In this document: positions 1 through 13,349 of the stretch, in pieces | How positions within the stretch are numbered: the first letter of the stretch is position 1 | Layout of the letters: each line of letters opens with the position of its first letter | From: Camelus dromedarius | Lineage: Eukaryota | Direction of reading: 5' to 3' | NCBI RefSeq assembly: GCF_036321535.1 | Contig: NC_087436.1 | Location: 112,532,001 to 112,596,000 of the forward strand | Length of the DNA stretch: 64,000 bases | Program-made: the position numbers and the translations under genes | The notes under the pieces: generated by a model | Databases searched by the model: none | Told to the model about the DNA's origin: nothing | Seen by the model: the letters and a program-made list of their open reading frames with translations, nothing else

Positions 1-675
1 TCAAACACTGAGGCAAAGAAAGCCAAACTCTGACAGTGGGGTTTGCAGCAAAATAAGGGTTCATTTGCAGGGTACCAAGCAAGGAGAATGGGTCCTTCTG
101 GAATTTGAAAAGATCTGAACTCCCTGATGACTTTCAGGGAAGGGCTTTAAAGAGAGTGCGAGGGGAGAGGGTCCTCAGACGTGTGATCAGCTCATGGACA
201 TTCTTCTGATTGGTGGCTGTTGCAGGAATCTTCATCATCAGCCTTCTGGCTCCAGCCAGTCTGGGGTCCACGTGCTTGTGGTCAGCATGTAGTCAGCATC
301 CTCACCCAGGGCAGGAGTTTTCGTTTCTATAGAACAACTCCAAGATATGCACCAGACGGTTATCTAGCTCCAGGAGGACCCAGGAGGCCTGAGATTCCAT
401 TGTCCTAATCTGTAACTGCTTGAGTCTGTTCTGTGGGACTTGGGGAAGGCCTAGGAGACAGAAGCCTTTTTTCCTACAAATAAGAGATGGGCACGGAGGG
501 GCTTTTGTACTCAGGAAGGCCCCGCAGGGTCCTGCTTGGTTTCAGTCCCCACTTCTCTTTGATGTTCATCAGTCCTGAGTGGAACAGCGGCGGAACAAGA
601 AAGGGAATGAGTTTGGACAGAGAGGGTAATCATAAACTCAGTGAGGGAGCTCAGTTTTAGAGGGACTGGGTTTCA
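1..675 (-). mobile_element. ERV1-class LTR, truncated by the window start
   Basis: Terminal ...gggtttCA (TGAAACC on the minus strand) at 675 and again at 544. CCAAT box (gattgg ~208). The end at 544 (ggccccgcagggtcctgcttggtttca) resembles the end of the solo LTR at 16029. Confidence 0.7.
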
Positions 676-1529
676 CTTTGATGTGATAAAGCTGGGGCTG
701 CAAGCCCTTGGGGCGCTGGGCGGGGTGTCCCACATAAGAGTGGACGTCCCTGATGTCAGTGAGGCGGGAAGGGGAAGATGCTGGAACGGGAAGTAGCTTG
801 GAGGGCAGGCCTTACACTGGCAAGGAGCCGACCGACTGCTTCTCCATGGGCCCCGCTGTGGGGACCTGGACCCCAGAAGTAGGGAGAAGGGGTGCCAGGT
901 GCTAAGGCTCAGCAGTGGCTACTGCCTGGGAAGAGGCTGAGCCAGGCACGGGACAGCTGCGGGTGACCTTTAGGGTTCTGAGAGCAGCCATGTTGGTGGC
1001 GGTGTCAGTGACTCTATTCATGTCCCTTTGGTGCTCTCCAATCCCCTATAAAACTGTGCTAAGCCATCCAGCCCAGTCTCAGCTGAGCTGGGGCAAATTG
1101 ATGGGTGTGTCTGTGTTCAGGGTTAGGTCAGAGAAGTAAAGGACTAGCAGGGGTGTGGTGACATCAGGCAGACTCCGAGGGAATGGGGAGTCTCACAGCC
1201 AAGACTGCCATGGCCCTCCCTGCCAGGGAACCTCCCCCCTGGCCACCAGCCTGGAGAATCAAAGTTAAGAATTTGATGAGGACACCTGTCAGGGAGGCAC
1301 AGTTACCGGGGTGATAAAACCCCTTCCCCATGCGTTTCCTTTCTGAAGACTAGTGTCCAAGGTTATGTGCCATGGGCCACATCAGGGTTGGGGGTTCCCA
1401 TAAGGGCAGGGGGAGCCAATAGGGGGTCAAGAGAATCTGTCTTAGAAAACCCAAGTTCAAATTCCAGGAGGATCAAGCTCAGAAGGTCAGGGCATGATTA
1501 GGGGGCAGATTACAGAGTTTAGGGTTTAG

Positions 1530-1970
1530 AAGCCTTCATCTGTATCTTCAAACCCCTGACTTCATGTCCTTACACTGCACTGCAGCCACCAGGACCCTCG
1601 ATGTTGCATGAGCACGTGAAGCAGTCCTGCACCAGGGCCTTTGCACTGGCTGTTCTCCCTGGAACCCTCGGTCCACAGTTGTCCACTTAACTCTGGTCTC
1701 TGCTCCAGCATCACCTCCGAGAGCCATCTCTGAACACCCCATGGAAAATAGCTCTTTCTGTCCCCTATACGTTTTTTTTTTTTGACTTCATGGCACTATT
1801 CCTTAAATTGTATCCTACAGGATGTTTATTTATCATTGTCTGTTTGCCCTGGTAGAATGGAACCCCATGAAGACAGGAACTGTGCTTTGCTCAATATTGC
1901 CTCCCAAGGCTCTCTAACAGACCTGGCACATAGTAGATGCTCACTGAGTCTTTGCTGAGTGAACGGATTG
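1530..1970 (+). mobile_element. LINE-2 3' fragment
   Basis: Typical L2 tail: tagaatggaaccccatgaagacaggaactgtg...cctggcacatagtagatgctca...gtgaacggattga. Confidence 0.75.
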
Positions 1971-2865
1971 AAGGTGGTAAGTGCTGCTGAGCCGCCACTC
2001 GGGTTCCACGACTTGCCTTTATGGAACATCAGGCTGCCTTAAAGGGGCGGGCACGTGGCAGAGGCAACGTGGACACGCCACAGTGGTTTCTACCTAGGCC
2101 TTTAGCCACTCTGTTTTCCATCTTCCTCTCTCTGTTACTCGGTCCTCTCCCCGAGGAGACCCAGTCCTCCGCAGCGACCCTCAACCACACCACACGCATT
2201 TCTTCCGTCTGGCCTTCGGTCGTGCTTTTGCCTCTTGTAGTGAACGTTCCTTCTCCCTTCCATTTTCCAAATCCTGCTCTTCTTTCAGGTCAGAACTCTC
2301 CATCCCACAAGGGCTAGCTTGAGACTCTGAAACCTTTTTTGTAAAAACTCTTTTGTACCAAGTAAAACTAATATTCCTTTCCCTGGGAATCCTGAATACT
2401 TTCTTTAGTCTTCAGTTCAAGCAGCTTTCCCAGGCTCGTGTAATTATGACATAAGAGGGGTCTGTCCCTCTTAGAAGACGATAAGTTTCTTAAACATCTT
2501 GACTGGAGGTTTGGTATCCCCAGGACTTTGCATATAACAAGTGTTCAATGAATGTTTGCGTAACTGAATACTATTGGCATTATTCTCTGAGAATTAGCTG
2601 GAGAAAAGGAAAAAAAATTAAATGTGCTTTGTAATAATGCCATCACATACTTTTAGTTCCCCAAACAGCAATCTGACAGCATATACATCTTATGGCATGT
2701 ATATTACCATCACTGCTTTATAGATGAGGATCAGAGAAGTTGTGTGAGCTGCCCAGGGTCACACAGCTAGTAAGAAGCAGAACAAAGTTTTAAAGTCAGA
2801 CATATATATTTAAAGACACAATGGCTTATATTTAGTTTAATGGCTTATATTCAGTCAGATTATTT

Positions 2866-3021
2866 ATTAATTTTTTAATATTTTATTTTATTTTAATTTT
2901 TGGTTGGGGGGAGGTAATCAGGTCTATTTATTTATTTTTAGAGGAGGTACTAGGGATTGAACCCAGGACCTTGTGCATGCTAAACATGCACTCTACCACT
3001 TGAGCGACACCCTCCCCCCTT
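2866..3021 (-). mobile_element. Camelid tRNA-Ala-derived SINE (Vic-1 type)
   Basis: Antisense tRNA-like head (gggattgaacccaggacc...catgc...ctctaccac) plus gaggtaat tail block. Perfect 13-bp TSD agtcagattattt at 2853-2865 and 3022-3034. Confidence 0.9.
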
Positions 3022-3700
3022 AGTCAGATTATTTTTATCCCTATAAATTCAGAATGAAATTCTAGAAGATGACATAACTAGATATAAACAGGCATGGACT
3101 TGGAAGCTTGATTCTAATATTAGCAAAGGGTGACCAAAAAAAAAAGGTGTCCCTTCTCCACCAGAATAAGGATAACTTTCAGAGGACAGTTTAGAGGCTA
3201 GACATCTGCCCCAGATGAATCAAAACAATTGGCTACAATGAAATCTCATAAATTAGTGATGCTTAATTCACATTTTTCTGGAAGTGGAAACAACTAGCGT
3301 AGCTTTACCCAGGCTTGAAGAGGCAAGAGAGATGTTTACAGCAACAAGAACAGCTGATTGCAAGTATTTATGTGTCACTTAAATTTATTCTAGGAAATCT
3401 TATAATTACCAAGTTCATCAGCTCTCACACTGGACTCAACAGCTGACGTTACAATTTAAAATTTTATTTTTAAAACGTCCTCTGAAGCTAAGAATAGAAA
3501 AATATGAGGGTTGCCCTGAAGTAGTGTCTCAGGGCAAACTTAGCTAATAGAATTTAGTTCAGCCCCTGAAGAAATTAAATTTCACAAACAGTTTATATGA
3601 AAATTCTTTAAAAACTATCCGTAAAAAAGCATCTTTCCAAATAATGTGCTCTGATGTTTACGGAACTTAGAACACAAAAATTACCCTTTAAAATATTTCT

Positions 3701-3829
3701 TTTTGAGGAGGAGGGGAGGAGGTAATTAGGTTTATTTATGTATTTTTTTTAAACGGAAGTACTGGGAATTGAACGCAGGGCCTCTTGCATGCTAAGCGTG
3801 TGCTCTACCCCTGAGTCATATCCACCCAC
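3701..3829 (-). mobile_element. Camelid tRNA-Ala-derived SINE (Vic-1 type)
   Basis: Same head and tail. TSD ttaaaatatttct (3688-3700) versus ttaaagtatttct (3830-3842). Confidence 0.88.
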
Positions 3830-3888
3830 TTAAAGTATTTCTGTGACACCCTTAAACTAAATACTTCCAGAGTAAAAACTAATGCATT

Positions 3889-4146
3889 CTTTTTTTTTTA
3901 AATTGAAGTAAATCTGATTTACAAGGTTTCAGGTGTACAGCAAAGTGATTCAGTTATACATATATATATATAATATATATTATTTTTCATATATTATTAT
4001 ATATATTATTTTTCAGATTCTTTTCCATTATAGGTTATTACAAGATATTGAATACAGTTCCCTGTGCTCCACAGCAGGCCCTTGTTCGCTATCTATTTTA
4101 TATAGGTTAATCCCAAACTCCTAATTAATCCCTCCCCTCCAAAACT
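3889..4146 (-). mobile_element. 5'-truncated L1 3' end with internal TA-rich expansion
   Basis: Poly-T followed by attgaagta...gatttaca...ggtgtacagcaaagtgattcagttatacat, a laurasiatherian L1 3' UTR. Perfect TSD aaactaatgcatt at 3876-3888 and 4147-4159. Confidence 0.9.
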
Positions 4147-7100
4147 AAACTAATGCATTATTAAACTTTCATGCTTTTTTCTAGAAAAGTTGGTTACCAA
4201 ATGTATCACTTACAAACTCGAAACAATCAAAAAGCTTTTAAATCTAAAAAAATATAAAAAGAGGGATTGGATGGAGATATTTTAATTCAATTATAGGGAT
4301 TTTTTTTCCTTCAAAGAAAGTTTTCTTCTTTTAATGATAATGCTTCCAAGCAAAGGCTTTTTAAATAGAAAATCTGGAAAAGACAGAACATTTTTTAAGA
4401 CTAGAAAAGAAAAAGACTTTGTCCCACTGCTCCCAGAAACAAGCGTGGTGAACGTGTTGGTGTAGCTCCTTTTGCTTTGTTTTGTTTTCTCTAAGCTTGG
4501 TTTGTACTGTTCCTGTGTTTGCTCGCATTTATCTGCCCCTTGTTTTGCTCTGAACAGCACCAGTGACCTGGTGAGTGGTTGTCTTGGGGCCCCGGGAGAC
4601 TGAGCTGCCATTGCTCTGTGATCGCAGGTGGGTTGTTCTTTCTCTTCTCCAGGCCGGACGTTTACACAGGTCGGTTCTGAGAATCTGAAAAATCAAGCAC
4701 CTTCTGCCCACAGACCTGCACAGGGGCCCACACCACCTGGCACACAGGCTCAGCACCCAAGTCTAAACCCCTCAGCCAACCCGGAGCCTTGGGTTCAACC
4801 CCCTGATCTGGGTGATTGTCCAGACCCGTTGGCAGCTAAGACTCTGTTTCTCAGTGATGCTCTCACGTAGGCCCTTATTGTTTAAATCCGCATGCGTTCT
4901 GAGTAAGAGACAAGGAGGAGAGAGCCTTTCCAGCCGTCGCCTGAGCCTCCCCGCTGACAGCTTGCTGCCTCCATGAATCTTGCAGGCAGATTGTAGGAAG
5001 GGGTTGGGGGCGGCCAGCAGACTTTCTGCACCTGACCCAGGTCACTGCTGGAAACACTCAGGTGAAAACTGTCTGTCTGTGTCAAGATCAGAAGAAAAGG
5101 AGCCATCAATCAAGGCTCAAAGAAGGGTTTTGTTTTTCTGTCCCTGCAAAATGGTCCCGGTTCATTACATGTCCTGGCATGCATTCGATGCTGGCTGAAG
5201 TGACAGCCACACCCAGGCCCTGACCACACAGGGTCCAGGGGCAGCAGGACAATGACTTGAGTTGCTAACGTCCAAACTGCCTCAGCCAGGCTGTGTGGCA
5301 ATCGTGACATACCACACTTCCTCTAGGGATGCCGCCAAGCCAGCATCGGGACAGTCAGGGACAGAGCCAGGGGTCAGCAGGAAGGGCAGAGGGCCTAGTG
5401 GGGCAACTGAGGGCCCGGGGTGAAAGGTGTTCCGGGAAGGACTTTGAACTGAGAGTCTGGAAGACGGGGCACCAGGGTAGAAAGAAACAAGGAAGTATTT
5501 GCCAAGTACATACTGAACCCAACACTATGTATACAATCGGTCTATTATTCAAGCTTCTCAAACCTGCACGATAAGTATTGTTCAGCTATTTAACCAACAC
5601 ATATCATGGGCTGGCGCTCTGCACGGGACCCAGCAAGCAGACACCAGGTCCTGCTCCCCAGGGGCTGCCTTCTCCTGGGGGAGCTGGCAAGAGAGAACTG
5701 GACAAATACGCGTGTGAGATGACAGATGAGAATGCCCCCCCAAAACTTAGCTGCCTCCAGGGGCAGCAAGGGGCACAGTCCGGAGAGGCTGTGTGGCATC
5801 TGGGGCTGAGGTCCCCCTCGCAGAGGATGTGCTCAGGGCACAGCCGGAGGGGAAGTGGGCCCCGGTGTCTGGGGGCCACGGGGATTACAGGCCACGCCGG
5901 ACACTTTGGACGTTGTTCTGAGTGGAGGTTGAGATGGGGGCCATCGGCAACTTTTAAGCAAATGAGGGACAAGCTCTGGCTTCCACTTTGAAAGCATCGC
6001 TCCTCTGGGTGGGGAATTACACCGCAAGTGGGAAACAGAGAAAGCAGGGGACATGTCAAGTCTCCTGGTCTACAGATGAAGATTCGGAGGCTGAGGAACG
6101 TGCCATGACCGTCCTGAGTCTTTAAGTGACTTTCCTTTGCCCTTAGAACAGGGCACGTGTATGGACGAGACCCGGCATGTTCTGCCTCACCTCCTGCCCC
6201 TGTTCCCTGGCTACCCCGTCATCTCCTGAACTCCTCAAGAGGCCTCTGTGCATTTGTCCTGACACCTGCAGTGCTCTTGTCCCACCTGTTCACCTGGCTA
6301 AGTCCTAGTCATCCTTTGCATCCTTAACCCTTTCTCAAGGAAGCCACTCCTTCCCCCGCAGACCAGGCCAGGTTCCTGGGTACCTCTATGGGGTCCTCCT
6401 CTGCTTTGGTGGCATTCCTCACCTTTGGTGGTCCTTCTCTTTGGCAGTCTCCCCTCTGGGTTCTGGAACACCCAGGGACAGTCTGGGTTCTCACTTTCCA
6501 CCCATCAGCACTTCAGCCGGGAGTGTGATCTGACATGTAATGTGGCCCCTTGCTCGTGAATACCTTGTGAGTTGAGAAGACCTGCCCAAGATCACACAGC
6601 TAATGAACAGGAAAATCAGGATTCAGACTTCTGATCCCAGCTTCCCTGTAGCCTCAGGACTTGAACTTAAGTCTTGGTTTAGTCCAGGACCTGGGTGCTT
6701 CCTAAGAATATTTATTCCCAGCCTCATTCTGACCTGCAGAGTCACAACTCCAAGATCAACCTGGGACCCTGGTTCTGTTTGTTTGCTAGTTTCATCAAGA
6801 GCCCTGGGTTATTCTTATCAAATATATTTTGGAAAGGCACACCGATGGGACTCCTTCCCAGAGGAGTGTCCTGAAAGAAAAAGATTAAGGAGGAGATAAG
6901 AACAGGATTCCAGGGACTATAACAACAGTTCCTTCTCAAACGCTTTCTCTTTTATAAAAGGCAACTGCAAGTGAAGCCTGATATTTATTTATGTGAATTA
7001 TTTTGGTGTCCTAATGGAATGTTCCTGAATTCACTGAGAGTGTAATTTCCTGGACAACTCTAAATAGCCCTGCCTGACAAGCTTTGAGCAAGTCTGAATT

Positions 7101-7619
7101 AGGCAACACTCAAAAGGAGCAAAGGTGGCAAAAACTCTCAAATGCCCTGAAAGGAGAGATAGAAGACAAGAGAGGTTAGCCAACCTATGTGAAGGCACAC
7201 AGCTAGCAGGTGTTAGAGGTGGAAGGAGACCCAGCTCCCTGTGCCCCTGGCTGACCTCTTTCCTTCTGAACCACAGGAGTGTGCCAGGGCAATGTGGGTT
7301 CTGCACAGAACCAGTGATGCTCGTGCTTCAGAGAGAAGGTGCTCTGAAAACATCACATCAGTGATGCTCTGAGACAAAATCAGTGGCATGGCACGCAGTA
7401 GGTGCTCAATAAACAATGGTTAACTGGTTGACCAATCCCAGCCCCTAATCACCTGGGAACTAGACACTTTTCATACTATTTCACTCTCTGCCTTGTTGCA
7501 GTAAATCTATGAAATACCTGAGCCAAGTTCCCACTAGTCAAATGAAAATATATTTGATGATTTAAAAAATAATCAGTGCAGAATCAAGGGAGGCAGACAT
7601 TCTCACTCTGCTGTTTCCT

Positions 7620-7770
7620 TACCTCGCAGAACCTCAGTTTCTGCCTCTGGGAAATGGGGGTGATGCTTCCCTCATCACGTTGTTGGTGAGGATTAGATGA
7701 GAGAGTGCACAGTACCTGCACAGAGTTGGTCAGAGACGGTAAATGAAAAGGAACAGATGAATGACAGAGA
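7620..7770 (+). mobile_element. MIR SINE
   Basis: MIR core cctcagtttctgcctctgggaaatgggg...gttggtgaggattagatgag. Confidence 0.8.
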
Positions 7771-8009
7771 GGAAGTGGTCTGTTCTGCCCTAAATTTGGA
7801 ATTTGTCCTCTCTCCTCCCAACCTCTTGTCCTGTCTATCAAGGATGCAGCAACTATAGGCATTGATTCAGACATTTCCTGAATCAAGAGTCTGTGGTTGG
7901 AGGGAGAATGTGAGTCCAAATGCACTATACTAATAAAAGCGGAAAGGAACAGCAAATAAAGAAGCCATAGAACCCACCATCTTCCACTAAGCGTGATACA
8001 TTGGCATTT

Positions 8010-8900
8010 TGTTAGTTATGAGGAAGTTTGGTTACATGTAACAGAAAAACAAAAATACCTGTCGCTTAAACCTCATAGAGATGTATTTGTCACTTGCTCA
8101 TAGTTGTGGAAGGAAGGCAGTGAAGGGCTGGAGTGATGCTTCACTGTTCCTTTCATGTTGCTTTGCTCTGCGTGACTTCTATTTTCAAGGTCAACTCATG
8201 ACCCTAGATGGCTGCTGGAGCTCCAGCCATCGACCCAAATTCTGACTAGCAGGTGGGAGGAAGAGATGAAGGAAGCACATTCTCCCTCTGTGATGGCTCA
8301 TTTTACGTGTTCCCAGTTTAAATATTGTTTCTGGGTGTGTTTGTTAGAATTTTCCTGATAAGATTAGCATTTGAATCAGTGGATTTAGTAAAGCTGATTG
8401 CCCGCCCCAGTGTGGTTGGGCATTGTCCAATCTACTGAGGGTTTGACTAGAACAAAAGGTGGAGGAAGAAGAAATTCTCCCCGTTTTATTCCTGCTTGAG
8501 CTGGGACATTTCACTTCATCTTCTCTTGCCTGTGGACTGGGATTCACATTATCAGCTTGCCCGGTTCCCAGGCCTTCAGATTCAGACAAAATTATACCAC
8601 CAACTTCCCTGGGGTTCCATCTTGCTGAAGGCAGATCGAGGAACCCCTCAGCCTCCATAGTCACGTGAGTCAATTCCTAGTAATAGATCTGCATCTAGAT
8701 CTCCTATTGGTTCTGTTTCTCTGGGGAACCCTGACTAACAAACACACTCTCTAAGGACATTTCTGAGAACTGCATACACCAATCCTGCTTAATTCAGCTT
8801 GACCAGAATTCAGTGATATGGGCACACCTAGCTTCGAGGAAGGCTGGGAAACGTCGTCTTTACTGGAGGAGGCCGTGACACTGCTTATTCAGGATTTCAG
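8010..8900 (-). mobile_element. Old MaLR LTR (MLT1J/K-like) interrupted by an MLT2 LTR
   Basis: gtaacagaaaa...gcttaaac, agatggctgctggagctccagccatc, and after the insert ccagaattcagtgatatgggcacacctagc...aggctgggaaa. Confidence 0.65.
8289..8744 (+). mobile_element. ERVL solo LTR (MLT2-type)
   Basis: Starts tgtgatggctcatttta, contains gattagcatttgaatcagtgga, ends cctattggttctgtttctctggggaaccctgactaaca. 5-bp flanks ccctc/cactc. Confidence 0.85.
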
Positions 8901-11317
8901 TGTATGAAAGGTAAAGGGGTGGGGGGAGTGGACATCAGCGGACAAGGAGCAGTTCTGGCCACTCTTACTATTTGTGTGTCATTAGATGACTAGTCAAGGT
9001 CAGGGCTGTCCCTAGGCTAATTTTAAATGTTGAGTTGGGATGGAGAATAGATCCTTTTTTCCTTAAATGCACATCTTATTTAGTAACGTAACCTAACATA
9101 TGTAACTGACATCTGAGCACCTGCTCCCCTTGAAATGGGGCCGGGGAGCCCAGACCACGTCCTGCACAAACTCTGGGGCTCCCTGCATCACAGTTAGAAA
9201 ACCACATCAGAACGGGAGCCCTTTAAGAAGAGCCTTCTGGTAATGAAAGAGTAATTGGGCTTTTATCAAGGATTAGCTTTGTAACATACATGTTCTGGTT
9301 GTGCCCTTTGTTTGGGAAGGCAGAAACTGAGGTTCAGAGAGAGCAAACTGCTTGTCTGAGGTCTTAGAGCCGAACGCCCATATATTTCCATCCCTCACGT
9401 TGCCTCCCATTCCAAGATGAAGGGGCCTGGTCTGGGTTTTTTCCCAGTATTCTATTGTCCCCTATCATGGGATAGAAGGCTAGATCCCTGAAGTGAGGAT
9501 CTGGAACCCTCGGTACCCAGCTCCCAGCGATCCTCTAGCTAGTCTCCTGGAGGGGTGAGAGGGGGAGTTCCCCAAGTTCCCTTTGTTAACACGGATGGTC
9601 CCGCAGCAGGGACCCTTTGTGGAGGGCGACTGTTGGGCCCCATCAGTCGCCACGATTTTTAGCTGACTCTGAGATCAGAGGCCGAGGGGCTCTTTAAACT
9701 GCATCCAGGAAACTGGAGCATTCACAGTGCTCCAGCTCAGTGTCGACCCCCAGAGGAGGGAATGTGTAAGGATGGAGACACATGGGTCCTGGGCAAAGCA
9801 GTGGTTTTGAGTAAGAGACCTGAGATTTAATCCCTCATTTCCCACCGACTGACATTGTGACTTTGGGAAAGACCAGCCAGCATGGGGCAGATGTTCAATC
9901 AATCCTTACTGAATAGTAATACGCATCAGATCCTGTGCTGAGCTCTTTGGGTGGGTTAACCCACTGAATCCTCACCGTCTCATGCCATATTAGATGCTAG
10001 TATCTGTCAGCCACACTTTTCAGAGGAGGGAACTGAAGCACAGAGCAGTTAAATAACACCCCCAGGGGACAAGTGACAGGCACTCTCCCTCCAGAACGTG
10101 TGCTTAACCCCTCTGGTGTAAAAGGTGGCACACACAACCTCTTGGAGTCCCTGTTCCTTCATCTCAGGAGGCTGGTGAGAGTGGGGGCACCTTGAGCTTA
10201 ATCGGTTTGCAGGGCGGGATTGGAACCAGTGCAGCATGGCTGGGGAGTGGTGGACTCGTCCCTGGAAGGCTGTGTCTGCGGGATGGGAGTCCCCCTGAGA
10301 GATCCTGGGCCAAACAGCAAAGCCCCAAACAGGGGTTGGAGTGACGGTTCTGTGATGCGCGTGGTGTTTTCACTTAGACATCCTGTCCCGCCCCATTTCC
10401 CATGGCTGTGCACCTGTGCTCCCCAGGGAGAGGCAGTGGAGGTAAAAACAAAATGAGCATTTCACCAAATTGTCCGCGGGAGAAGGCTGGGCAGTACTGG
10501 TTTGGTGTCCCTTTGACAGAGGGTAACATCAGGGAGAGAGGTGTTTCCTCAAGTCTCGAAATATATTGAAGGGTGTGGGATATCCTCATCTGACCCAGGA
10601 GACAGCAGTGCTGGTGAGGCAGGTAGTTCCCAGCCAGCCCAGCCTCAATGGGAGCAGGAGGGGAGAAATGGCCCAGGCAAAAGGTTCCCGGGGGCTTCCA
10701 GACTGGAGAAGGGGGGAAGGACCTCCCAGGGTGAGACTGGGAAACCCAGCAGCAATGCTGAGAGCACGTGATGAGATTGGGGATGAGAAGTTCTGAAACC
10801 TTAGCCAGTCTGTTTGGAGCAAATTAAGCCATGTTAATGGTGGAATCGCTTTAACAGAGGGAAACACCAAGAAGGAAGAGATGCTCCCCTAGTGTCTGAA
10901 TTCCTCAGGGTCCCATGGTGGACAAAGGAGAATGAAGAAGAAGCAGAGATGGCCAACCTGGGGTGGAGAGCAGAGAAAGCAGAGGAGGGCAGAGAACCCC
11001 AAGAGCACTGTTGGGGGGAGCCTCTGGGAGGGTCACCTTAAACATAAAGTGAAATACTGAGAGTAATGGTTATCTTGATAAATGGTAACTATTGTTCTTA
11101 CTGTGGACTAATAAAGTACAGCCTGGGTCTGTGAGCCTCAGTTTCCTTCTCTGGAAAATGAGGATAACAGTGCCCCCTCAGAAGGGTTTGAAATAAGGGG
11201 ACGTATGGAAAGCAATTTGCTCAGAGCTTAACAGATAGTAAATGGTCAACAAATGGCAGCAACAAGCACACAGAACTGCCCCGTGGATACACATCTTCTG
11301 TCTTCTGGCTCCCTTGC

Positions 11318-11973
11318 TGTTAACTACTAACAACAAAAGAAGTAGGGGGCGGGTAGAGCTCAGTGGAAGAGTGTGTGCTTAGCATGCACGAGGTCCTGGC
11401 TTCAATCCCCAGTATCTCTGTTAAAGGAAATACATAAATAAATAAACCTAATTACCTCCCCTCCCAAAAAACAAAAACAAAAACAAAAGAAAAGTACCCA
11501 AAAAACAAACATGTAATCAATAGTCAATCAATGCAAAAATTAATCAATAGTCAATTTAAGAAAGAAATGGAAAATTTTATTAGAGCCAAACTGAGAATTA
11601 TGACCTGGGAGACGGTCTCTCAGAGAGCTCTAAGAATGGCTCCAAAGAGGTAAGTGGGGGGAGGCCAGCCAGTATATATGTGATTTTGGTGAGGAGGTCC
11701 CGTGCAATCAAATACACATCAATAAACATCACAGGAGAAGGTTGCTGCTAGCCTCCAAAGACAGACATCTTAGTTAATGATTTTAGTGCTTTTCTAAGTA
11801 TGGGAAGATGCAAGAATCCAGGTTCATAAAAAAATTCTTCTGAAGATACCCAACTACCTGAAGGCACCTCATCCTGATCTTCAGCCTTCAGGGTGTACTG
11901 TAGGTCAGCAGCCACAGTGGCCGATGCCTTGATTCTTCTGGACCGGATGGTGGGCAACGTTCTTTATTTGACA
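11318..11973 (-). mobile_element. ERV1-class 3' LTR with nested SINE
   Basis: TG...CA termini (tgttaac.../...tttgaca). AATAAA on the minus strand (tttatt ~11576). Polypurine tract immediately outside it (ctccctccctttt, 11974-11986). Confidence 0.8.
11345..11490 (+). mobile_element. Camelid tRNA-Ala-derived SINE (Vic-1 type) inserted in the LTR
   Basis: gggggcgggtagagctcagtggaagagtgtgtgcttagcatgcacgaggtcctggcttcaatccccagta, then taaacctaattacctcccc and an A-rich tail. Flanks acaaaagaagta / acaaaagaaaagta. Confidence 0.92.
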
Positions 11974-12780
11974 CTCCCTCCCTTTTGGTCTTAAGTCTGA
12001 CCAAGGTTCGGGAGGCATCTCATGACCAATTTGTCCCGTGGTGCTGGGAATGCTCATTCCCGAGTTAGGCAAGGATTTTGTTGATTGGCCACTCAATGTG
12101 ACATTATTGGACTAGACCCTGTTAACAGCAGGCAGAAGCCTCCGGGCCCCCATCTTACTGGTCTGTTAGGGTCCAGGATACAGTTCCCTCTTGTTGCTTC
12201 TTCCCACATCTGGAGTTACACTCTTACCATCACTGATCTTATAAGACTATATATTTGATCAGTCGTTTCAAGTCACCTAATTATCGTTACTTTTAACTGA
12301 GGCTCAGTCACGTTCGGTACTGCAAGAAACAATAATCTTATAAAATAGGCAAAATACAAGTAATAAAGCTTGTAACGTGAATAAGGTCCTAAGTAAGTAT
12401 TTAAGCTAAGAACCCCCATTAGATGCAGTCCAGTATCTCCCCAGGTCCCATGACCAGTCTATTCCACACCAGTCGCTGCCTTTAAGGGAGATTACATCTT
12501 GGCATTGTAGGGAATGTTCATCCAAGATCTCTGCACGTATAAGGCAAGGAGGTGGGCCGCCGCGATCCTTTGCAGGATCGAGAGGGCGATGTTATCTTCT
12601 GGCAAGTTACATGGCTCGCGTCAATAGGAGGAAAATTGATCTTTATGGTCAAACAGGTATTTCTGCCTTCGGGGAGTCTGGTTAGCACGTAATACAGATG
12701 TGCTGTGTACGTCAGAGGACGGCGGCCATAGGGCACAGAAAACTTTTGATGTTTAAATGCTTAAACATTTCTTGTCTTAC
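11974..12780 (-). mobile_element. ERV1 internal 3' remnant with decayed env-like sequence (distal boundary approximate)
   Basis: Adjoins the PPT and LTR. Minus-strand translation near 12405-12525 reads LQCQDVISLKGSDWCGIDWSWDLGRYWTASNGGS*, reminiscent of the W-rich ...W.APNGT.W.C motif of gamma-type env proteins. Stops and frameshifts are present. Confidence 0.6.
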
Positions 12781-13349
12781 CTTAAAAGGTGAATTTTATT
12801 TCATCATGACTTCTGTTTGTCTTTTTTGAGCTTATAGTTTCCCCGCACCGCCCCTGACCACACCCCCACCAGTTTTCCTCTGAGAGTTATCACACGCCAG
12901 GCACTTTCTCATTAGGCCATCGGAGATTTCATTAACTATCCTTTTAGTCTTTTTGTCCGAATGCCTCTATGCTCAAAATTATAAGTAAAATGTCGAGCTT
13001 CTCCAAGTGCGAGGCTATCCTCAGAACAGCACCCAGCACTGGAGGTTGGTGACGGTCCCAGTGGAGGAGTTGTAGCTATATTCCTGAAATAATGCACTTT
13101 GCAATTCTTTCAAAGCAGGCTGTCATCATTGGCTATGTGAGGTCAGGGAGGGCTGACTCCCTGGGGCCAGGGAGGTGACCTGAGTGGATTAAGTGGTTTG
13201 GGTACACCTTATGCTTTAGGTCTCGACCCAAATGCTTAGTACTTGACAAAACTGATAGTGGAGACGCCTTCTTTAATACAGCTGATAAATTTTGCCCAAA
13301 CTCAATCATTTCTCCTCTGACTTAAAAAAAAAATTTCAAACTCTAGATT

